Shown here in pieces: positions 54,836 through 64,000 of a stretch of DNA of 64,000 nucleotides (positions within the stretch are counted from its first letter, which is position 1; each line of letters starts with the position of its first letter). The notes beneath the pieces were generated by a model, which saw only the letters and a program-made list of their open reading frames with translations, was not told where the DNA came from and did no database searches. Both the position numbers and the translations under genes were made by a program. Origin of the DNA: Octopus sinensis (lineage: Eukaryota); NCBI RefSeq assembly GCF_006345805.1, contig NC_043012.1, positions 10,602,001 through 10,666,000 on the forward strand, read 5' to 3'.

Positions 54836-55784
54836 CATTGAAAGTGAAAAAAAAAAAAAAAAAGAAAAAGACAGCAGAGAGAGCGAAAATAAAAAAAGAG
54901 GGAGAGAATGAAATACATATACATATATATATATATATATATATTAGAAGAAATTAGGTAATCAGAAGATCGGATGGTTTATATTTACAGATATATATTT
55001 ATATATTACATTTTTTACATATATATCATATCACTTAGATCATTAGTGCTTTCTCCCATTCTAGTGGGGTTTTTTCAATCAAAATAAGTCCCTTTGTGGG
55101 GAATTTTAATAATTTTATAGAGTTTCGTGGTGGTGGGGAGGAATTAAGACAGTACAAGAGGGTGGGGTGGATGAGGAGAAAGTGAGAGAGAGAACATGTG
55201 TGTATGTGTATGTGTGTGTGTGTGTGTGTTTGTGTGTGTTTGTATCTGATGTGAGTGCTAAAGAGAAAGAGGGGAAGGGTGAGGGAAGAAGAAGGAAATA
55301 ATTTTTTTTTTGGTCTGCTGGACAGAATATTGACTCCAAGGGGGTTCTAAGAATATATATATATATATATTTAGTGTGTGTGTTTGTGCGTGCACGTTTG
55401 TGCATAGTCGAGTGTCAGCGTGCGTGTGTGTGTTTTCATTTGTTTCAATCGTTGAACCACGGCCATCTTGGAACAAATCTTTGGAGGGTTTAGTCACTCA
55501 AAATGACCCCAGTAATTGTTTTAAGTCATATATATATTCAATCGGACACAGTTTTTGCTGAACAATTCAGTTCGCAAGAATCCAACATTTTTCTCTCTCC
55601 CTCTCTTCCTTTTTCCCTCCCTCTCTCTCTTTCCCTTTCTCACTCCCACCTCTCTCTCTACACGCGCGAACGCACACACACACACACCAACCAGTTATTT
55701 TCCTTAATTCTATTTTCTCTATAATAGAAATAATAACATCGAAAATATCTTAGGAATGAGCACCCAGGTTTGAAATTTCCCCAA

Positions 55785-55830
55785 GACACCTGATGAAGAC
55801 TGGAGAGTATATCAGCCGAAACGTTCTGTT
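55785..55830 (+). ncRNA. Hammerhead motif family 1, independent copy within a ~150-bp repeat (55733-55885)
   Basis: GACAC CTGATGA A GACTG..CAGCC GAAAC GTT CTGTT; canonical CUGAUGA core and GUU triplet; flanks match 13674-13820. Confidence 0.65.
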
Positions 55831-56380
55831 CACAACAAACAAGATGAGGACAAATATCCGTCGAATGTAAATAATGTAAATAAGAATTATTTTGTTTTGA
55901 GTTCTCTAATACATGCTTTGCTGTGCATAAATATGTTATTCATTATTTAAACAAGCCGCCGCCGAAAGTAATAGTTAATCTTTGTACTGAATTTAAGTAG
56001 CGATTAACTATTGAAGCACTATTCTTGAATTAAAGATGAGGAATTACAGTTTCTTAGTTTCTTGGACGATTGACTAACATGCCATGAGCAATATTCTTTT
56101 ATTCGCTTCAGTCATTCGATTGCGGTCATGCTGGGGCACCGCAGAAAAAAAATTACTTTTTCGCTGCGCGAACAGAATAACTATGTGTATTGATGTTTGG
56201 TTTAATGTCAAGTTATATATATAAATAAAACAGTTTAACATTAAACTGATGACTTTCTCAATGAATTTAGTCGCTTACATATTTATTAAACAGGCATATA
56301 TATATATATATATATATATATGCCATGATAGATCGTTAGCTACTACACACATTTTTTCTCTCCTTGTTTTTTCTGTGTAC

Positions 56381-56416
56381 CTTTCTGTAGAAGAGCGTAG
56401 GCTCGAAACGTAAAAT
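56381..56416 (+). ncRNA. Hammerhead-like motif family 2 (A6U variant) in a short repeat (~56325-56510)
   Basis: CTTT CTGTAGA A GAGC-GTAG-GCTC GAAAC GTA AAAT. Confidence 0.55.
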
Positions 56417-56750
56417 ACTTTTTCTATTCCTGAGCGCTATACTAATACATCTGTTTGTTTTGTACACCACCTGCCTTCGTCTTTTGTTTTTTTCGTAAAC
56501 TTTCCCTTTATATATATATATGTGGTGTGTGTGTGTATGTTTGTATCTCTGTGTTTGACCCGCAACATCGCCTGACAACGATGAAGAGGAGGAGGAGTTG
56601 AATGAGAAAAGAAGGAGGAGAGGAGGGAAGATGAGGAAGTGGAAAGTAAGAAGAGAAATTGGCGGAGAAGAAGAAACAAAGATATATATCTATAGAGATA
56701 GCTACATAGCATAGACCGATATCTACCCACCTACCTGCATTCCTGGAAGG

Positions 56751-56804
<54 letters not shown>

Positions 56805-57432
56805 TGTTTCTTTATTAGCAACACAGGGCTGCACACAGACAGAACAAATTACAAGGTAGAGCTTTTCTTTTGGGGTTAAAAAAAAATGGAGTTGGTTTTC
56901 GATCAAAAGGGAGATAGATAGATAGATAGGTAGATAGATAGATAAACAGAGAGACGGAAACGTGCACCTAGGTAGTTAGATCGACCGTTGAGTTTACGTA
57001 AGGAAAGCTGGAGAAGTGACGAAATTGTGGGAACATCAGCAAATAGAGAGGTACTTAACAGCTGCGAGTGAGTGAACATGTGCGTATAAATTAGTGTGCG
57101 TGTGTGAGTGCGTGTATGTGTATGACAAAGAGCATGTATGAATGAGTGTAGATGAGAAGAACACGTGCGTGTTAAATTCTTTTTTTTCCTCTCCGTATGC
57201 AGAAATCATTGTGAGCGTAGGTGCCAGTGTGTTGGTGTCTATATCGATGTCTCTGTACACGCGCGCGTGTAGTACATATGTATGTTTGATGCATATGTGC
57301 ATCTCTCTCTCTCTCTCCACGTACACACAAAAAAATGCTGCATTTGAAAAGTTACTATCAGTTACTTTACCACCCTCGTCTCACACACGCCCATATGTGT
57401 ATATAATATAGTATATATATTATGTATATATA

Positions 57433-58798
57433 TTTCGTCTGGCGTTAACAGCCCTTCTTATCTTGTTCTCCTTGTCCTGTCTCTCATGTTATATTTTTAT
57501 TTTCCACTGTTTATATATATATTTTTACTGTTTATATGTTTGTACTGTCGTTACCGTCTTGCTTTTTTTTTTTTTTTTTTTTACCCCTCTGCGAAAAGAT
57601 CTCAGAATTTTAATTGATTTGCTTTTCGCGGGAAGGAAGGAAGGAAGTTTTCTTCGAAGTATACGTCTCGCTTTTATCCTTCGAAACGTTTAGTAGATGA
57701 AACCTTAGCGACTGAAGAAGGGGATTTTTCGTTGTGCTTATTGTCCTGTATCTCTCTTTTTTTTGCTTGTCTTGTTCCTTGGTTTGTGTCTATGTGTTTC
57801 GTCTCTCTATGTGTTCGACGTCTTTTTGGTGTCCTGTACACATATATGCGTGTATATGTAATGTAGAGGTAGGTACGTAGAATGTTTAATATATATGCAT
57901 ATGTTCTATTTTATTAACATATATACGACTACTAAACGCACGCACCCTATTAAGTAAGATTGTTCTGTTTATCAGTTAGCCTTGATATTAACTCTCACGC
58001 GACTCTGCATCTTTCTCTTTTTCTCTCCCATTCCCTTTTTCGTCTTTTTTTCCCTCACTTAAATTGTCTCTTCCTCTCTCTCTCATTCTTCATTCTCTCC
58101 TCCCTTTCACCATTCTTCATGGTCTCCTCGCACCATTCCCCTTCTCTCTCTTCCTCTTGCTCCTCCTCCCCCATTCCCGTCGTCCATCTGCGACGATACT
58201 TCCGTCGTAACTGCTATCCTGTCTTTTCTCGCCCGCCTTCTAAGGCTACTGGTCGACACATTTTCTCTCTCTCGTCGTCCACGATAATCCAGCGTTTGCA
58301 ATACTTTTTTCGTCTGGCGTTAACAGCCCTTCTTATCTTGTTCTCCTTGTCCTGTCTCTCACTGTTATATTTTTATTTTTCCACTGTTTATATATATATT
58401 TTTTACTGTTTATATGTTTGTACTGTCGTTACCGTCTTGCTTTTTTTTTTTTTTTTTTTTTTTACCCCTCTGCGAAAAGATCTCAGAATTTTAATTGATT
58501 TGCTTTTCGCGGGAAGGAAGTTTTCTTCGAAGTATAACGTCTCGCTTTTATCCTTCGAAACGTTTAGAGATGAACCTTAGCGACTGAAGAAGGGGATTTT
58601 TCGTTGTGCTTATTGTCCTGTATCTCTCTTTTTTTTGCTTGTCTTGTTCCTTGGTTTGTGTCTATGTGTTTCGTCTCTCTATGTGTTCGACGTCTTTTTG
58701 GTGTCCTGTACACATATATGCGTGTATATGTACATGTAGAGGTAGGTACGTACATATATGTTTATATATATGCATATGTTCTATTTTATTAACATATA
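57433..58798. repeat. Two ~490-bp direct repeats (57433-57925, 58309-58798) around a ~380-bp unique spacer
   Basis: Both run from tttcgtctggcgttaacagccc to ctattttattaacatata. Confidence 0.92.
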
Positions 58799-59214
58799 TA
58801 TATATATATATATATATATCGGTTCTTGACTGAAGATTGAAGGCTTCAAATGTCCCGTCCGTGTTTTTTGTATCGTCTTCTAAATGTTTTGCGTTCTTGT
58901 CCCAGTTTGTATTTTTTTACACACACACATATATATATATATATATTACTATTTTATTACAAATATATATAATATTATATTATATATAAACAATACATAT
59001 TATGCATATGCACATATTATATACAGATATATATGTATATATATATTATATCTATATATATAATATATATATATATATATACTGCATAGATATTACATAT
59101 AGTGTATGTATATATATTGTTTATATTACGTATAGTGCATAGACACACACACAGAGGCATATATATATAATAATATATATATACAGATGTGTTGTGTATG
59201 TGTATATATATATA

Positions 59215-59250
<36 letters not shown>

Positions 59251-59416
59251 CTATATATAATATATATATATACAGATGTGTGTATGTGAACAAATAACAA
59301 TTTAGGCCTCAACAGAAATGCCCTTGTAAGAATTTTAAAAAGCTTAATGAAGTAATGAAGGCCTCTATATCCTCAGATGTACAGTCCCATGTTAAGGACA
59401 GTTTATTCACACACAC

Positions 59417-59450
<34 letters not shown>

Positions 59451-59456
<6 letters not shown>

Positions 59457-59686
59457 TATCCCTTGACTATCGTGGGTGTTACCTTCCAAAACCTCCTACA
59501 GAAATAATTAAAATCCAAAATTATATTAATACCTATCAGCCGCAGAAACCCGCGTTATACTGAGGATTCCGTGATATAAACTTAGCCAGAAAAATTCGCG
59601 ATGTACTGAGTAACCGATAGGTGAACGACGGCGTACTGAGTGTGCGATAGATGTACCCTGGTACCTGGTATGGCGAGGGACTGCTG
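59451..59686. mobile_element. Possible degenerate pogo/Tigger-like MITE
   Basis: Left end CAGAGTTATCCCTTGACTATCGTGGGTGTTACCTTCC and right end (reverse complement CAGCAGTCCCTCGCCATA) resemble Tigger-type TIR starts as recalled; TA on the right; weak TIR-TIR match. Confidence 0.35.
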
Positions 59687-60046
59687 TATTTACATAAATA
59701 TGTGTACAACTGCGCGCACATACCCCTATACGTTTACTTGCATTTCCCATTTTCTACTTATGCATACGTACATGACTATGTGTGTGTGTGTGTGTGTGTG
59801 TGTGTTGTATAGGGGTAGCAGTGTTGGGTTGTGTACAGATTTAAGGTGTGTATAAAATTGTAATTGTTTTGAATTTTTATTCTATACGCACATGATTGTG
59901 TGTTGCGTTTAACGTATTTTAATAGATTAGAACACACACACGATACAAACAGAGACATACCTATACACACACACACATATATACATACATATACATACAT
60001 ATACACATATATATACATGCTATATAACATATACATATTATATATA

Positions 60047-63000
60047 TTCTACTGAATGTAGGAGGGCTGCTGCGCGGAAACTGTAAAAAGAAAATTTCAT
60101 TCCTGAGGACCTTGTGACATGCAATCAAGCTATATGCATGGCACTCACAGAAAGCATCTTGAACCCGATATAGTGTGATGCAGAAATACACAATGCAGCA
60201 ATATGCAGTCATACGCACAGATAGAAAAGGGAGGAGCCATGGTGGAGTGCAATGTACATCCGAGATGACCTCACGCCCCAGGTCTTGCTGTCATATTCAA
60301 ACTCAGTATGTGAAACTCAAATTGTAACATAAGACAACTGAAATATCGTCATATGCACTACTATCGCCCACCAGACGCCCCCAAAACACTCAGGCTGTTT
60401 GAAGACTGCCTAACAAAAATAGGGAGAAGTCCTCACCAACCTTGAACAGCACAACAGTGTATTCTTCATGGGTGACTTTAACCTCCCCAATGTGGAATGG
60501 CCTGGGGGGCAGATGCTCCCAGGGATGACAACACCATCAGCAGGCACAGGTGGAGTCCCTGCTCCATCTCACAAATACCTCTTTCATGGAGCAATAGTTC
60601 TGCAAACCAACAAGGGCAGAGAAATATACTGGATCTCTGCTTTTACAAACAATATGGATATTATCCATAATGTTATGTGATGCCGACAATGATCTCGGAT
60701 CAAACACATAATAGAGCTGTCTATGTATGCCCCCGCAGACCACACAGCCTATACGAACCACCCACCATCTCTCCAACTTAAACTTTCATAAAGCCAACTG
60801 GAAGTCGATTGAGAGAAGAGATCCTCAAACAGGATTGGCCTGAATGTCTCTCCACACCGGACATAAACATGAAACACAAAACACTTCATGTCCATAATAC
60901 AAGCCATATGTGACAAATATGTCCCAATGTGCAGGGCCAGCACACACAAGAATAAAAACAGGGATCCATAGAGAAAGGAGGATTCTTATGAGACGACGGA
61001 CAAGGATTGCAAACCGCCTGAGCAAGCACACCAAAAGTGGTGAGAAGTCTCGGATCGAAGATATGCTAATGGAAACTGAGAAAAGTCTACATCAGTCCCA
61101 TGAAAAGGAGAGAGCAGATAAAGAAGCTTGGGTAATAGAAAATATAAAATAAAACCTAAAGCTTTCTTTAAGTTTGCCAAAGAGACAGCACAGTGCACCA
61201 GAGAATAGGACCTCTCTTCCAAAAAGATGGCTCTCTCACAGGAAATCCCACGAGGATAAGTGAAATACTGAACGAACAGTTCCAAAGTGTGTTCACTACA
61301 CCTCTAGGGACACAGGCAAGTAAACAACCCAGAAGATTCTTTGCCACTTTACCAGCGGCGCCCAAAGAGACAAAAATTGAGTACATCAACATCGAAGAAG
61401 ATGATATCACACTAGCCATTGATGAGATTGACACAAACTCAGCTGCTGGACCTGATGGATTCCCAGCGATCCTTCTCAAATCGTGCAAACGAGCCCTTGC
61501 AAAACCGCTACAGCTTCTTTTTCAGAGCTTTCTTGCAAGTGGTAAGCTCCCAGTCAAACTGAAAGAGGGGGTATATGCCCTATCCATAAGGAGGTAGCAG
61601 AGCAGATGCTAAAAATTATAGGCCTATCTCTCTGACCTCACACATCAGCAAAGTCATGGACGAATAGTCCGTAAGAAACTAATCATGTTCTTGAAGAAAA
61701 TGACTTACTGTCTGACCCCAGCATGGATTTCGACCAGGTAGAGGCTGCCTAACAAGAGCTCCTGCAGCACTATGACTGGGTGTTGAAACAGCTACTAATG
61801 GCTCAAATGTGGATGTAATATTCTTGACTTTGCAAAAGCCTTTGAATAAAGTCGACCATGGTATGATCTGTCATAAACTGCGTGGTCTCGGCATAGGCGG
61901 GAAACTTGGAGAGTGGCTGCACAACTTCCTAAAAGACAGAAAAACAGGCAGTTGTGAGCAATGGAGGCCACCTCCAGCGGGGAAACGCAAATAACAAGCG
62001 GTTGTCCCACAGGGCACGTCGTTCTTTCTCAGGGCAACTTGGGGCACTGATGTTCATAGTGGCCCTTTCAGACATGCCTTCAGTTGCTACGATGACCACC
62101 CTTGCTAGCTATTGCAGAGACACAAAGGTCTCCCACGCAATACAGAACCCTGAAAATATTGCGCATCTGCAACATGAGCTGGACACAATATACAGGTGGG
62201 CTGAGGACACACAACATGAGTTTAATGCAGGTAAGTTCCAGGCCCTGCGCTACTGGCACACAAAGGTAAATGACGTGAAGACTGGATTACACTGGGCCAG
62301 GAAGAATTGCAATCCTGAGTCAAAATCAGTGCGTGACCTGGGCATTGACATGAGCAATGATGCATCTTTCCAAATGCATATTGCTAATCTGGTGATAAAA
62401 TGCAGACGGCTAGCTGGATGGATTCTCCGAACTTTCAGAACAAGAGAGAAGGAGACACTGATGGTCCTATGGAAAACATTGTCCTCAGCCGTTCGACTAC
62501 TGCTCCAACTTTGGTCACCACACAATATAAAACAAACAGCAGAACTCGAAGCAACTCAGAGAAGCTACACAAAGAAAATCGTCTCAATGCAAAATGTCAG
62601 CTACTGGGAAAGACTGAAGGTATTAAACCTCTTCTCCCTGGAGCGGAGGCGGGAGAGATATATGCAGTAATATACATCTGGAAATCCTGGAGGGTCTTAT
62701 CCCAAACTTTGGCATTCAAGTTACTCCACCGCAGAACGGGCGCCCGCTGCGTGGTGCCAAGGATTCCAACATCACCATCAAAATACAGGTCCAGATACTG
62801 CAACAGCTTGGGTTTCAGAGGACCACAGCTTTTCAACATCCTCCCTAATGCCTGAGAGACTTACATGGTGGTGTGGATGTGGGTTTCTTTAAAACTAAAC
62901 TGGATCTCTTCTTGTTGGAAGTCCCAGATGAAACCTACCTCACGACAGGAGACGCGGATGCGGGCAGCAGCATCGAACTCCCTTGTTGATCAAGTGCCAC

Positions 63001-63107
63001 GTATCAGAGGTGGATTCACAAACTAGTGTGGCTCATTCAGCGGTGGTTGCCCCAGCATGCCGCGGCCTTCGGGCTAAAACATTTTTAAGGATTAAGGATT
63101 TAAGGAT
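60047..63107 (+). mobile_element. CR1-type non-LTR retrotransposon (LINE): near-complete ORF2 (APE endonuclease + RT) and 3' end, frameshifted
   Basis: Across frameshifts: LLNVGGL / ALTES / RTDRKGRSHGGV / MGDFNLPNVEW (endonuclease); [54 protein letters not shown] (RT); YADD read as YCRD; C-terminal RLAGWILRTF...LNLFSLERRRERY; ends in a short (TAAGGAT)n tail. Confidence 0.95.
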
Positions 63108-63371
63108 ATATATAATATATACATATACATATATATATTATTATAGATATATACATGTGTACATATATACATATACATATACATATACATATATATATAT
63201 ACATGCATATATACATATACATATACATATACATATATATATATACATGCATATATACATATACATATACATATACATATATATATATATTATATATATA
63301 TATATATACACACATGCATATATACATATACATACAGGTGCATATATTCATATACATATATACATATATAC

Positions 63372-64000
63372 ATATCTGAGCAGCCGAGGGCATATCTGAG
63401 AGGGCAACTATGAACAGCAGTGGCCCCAAGACAGTGCCACGTGGCACACCATTTACTATTTGCGTTTCCTTGGAGGTGACTCCATTGGCCACTACTGCCT
63501 GACGTCTATATTTTAGAAAGTTGTGCAGCCATTCTCCAAGTTTTCCGCATAAGCCGAGATCGCGCAGTGAGTGACATATCATGCCATGGTCAACTTTATC
63601 AAAGGCTTTTGCAAAGTCGAGATATAACACATCCACGCTTGAGTCATTCAGCAGCTGTTTTAACACCCAGTCGTAGTGTTGCAGGAGCTGTCAGACAGCT
63701 TCTACCTGGACAAAATCCATGCTGGGTGTCAGTCAGCAGGTCATTTTCTTCTAGGAACGTGATTAGTTTCTTGCGGACTAATTATTTCATGACTTTAATG
63801 ATGTCTGAGGTCAGGGAGACAAGCCTATAATTTTTAGCATCTGCTCTGCTTCCTCCCTTATGGATAGGGCATATTATCCCTTCCTTCAGTTTGTCTGGGA
63901 GCTTACCACTTGCAAGGAAGCTCTGGAAGAGAAAGCTGCAGTGGTTTTGTAAGAGCTCACTTGCATGATTTGAGTAGGACTGCTGGAAACCCATCCGGGC
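63372..64000 (-). mobile_element. Second CR1-type LINE fragment (RT region) of the same family, inverted, 3'-truncated, runs off the window
   Basis: ORF 63100..63666(-) reads LYLDFAKAFDKVDHGMICH...[22 protein letters not shown]; ORF 63782..63994(-) reads KLKEGIICPIHKGGSRADAKNYRLVSLTS; homology stops just before the YADD motif. Confidence 0.95.

Noticed and set aside
58825-58865. CTGAAGAT-TGAA-GGC-TTCA-AATGTC, possible decayed hammerhead
   Set aside because: GAAAC missing, stem I absent, single copy in the window

Overview
AT-rich, microsatellite-saturated eukaryotic DNA, most consistent with an Octopus (coleoid cephalopod) genome; this is inferred from the SINE families and repeat landscape. 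No intact host protein-coding gene is recognisable, and nearly all ORFs in the supplied track are microsatellite translations. The window is mainly retroposons: at least six tRNA-headed or degenerate SINE families (labelled A-F here), a near-complete but frameshifted CR1-type LINE ORF2 (60047-63107) facing a second inverted copy, and two RTE LINE 3' ends. It also holds several Tc1/mariner relics, two fold-back palindromes, three near-identical direct duplications (possible assembly artefacts) and a 100-N gap. Most interesting signals: (i) a tRNA-headed SINE-like unit flanked by a 12-bp TSD that carries a minimal type-I hammerhead ribozyme of the Penelope-associated kind, plus a second hammerhead-variant family; (ii) SINE tails whose terminal hairpins match the CR1 and RTE LINEs in this same window, with compensatory changes; (iii) head/tail shuffling among SINEs; (iv) a candidate minus-strand promoter and first exon near 52.6-52.9 kb. 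Element boundaries were read by eye and are approximate.
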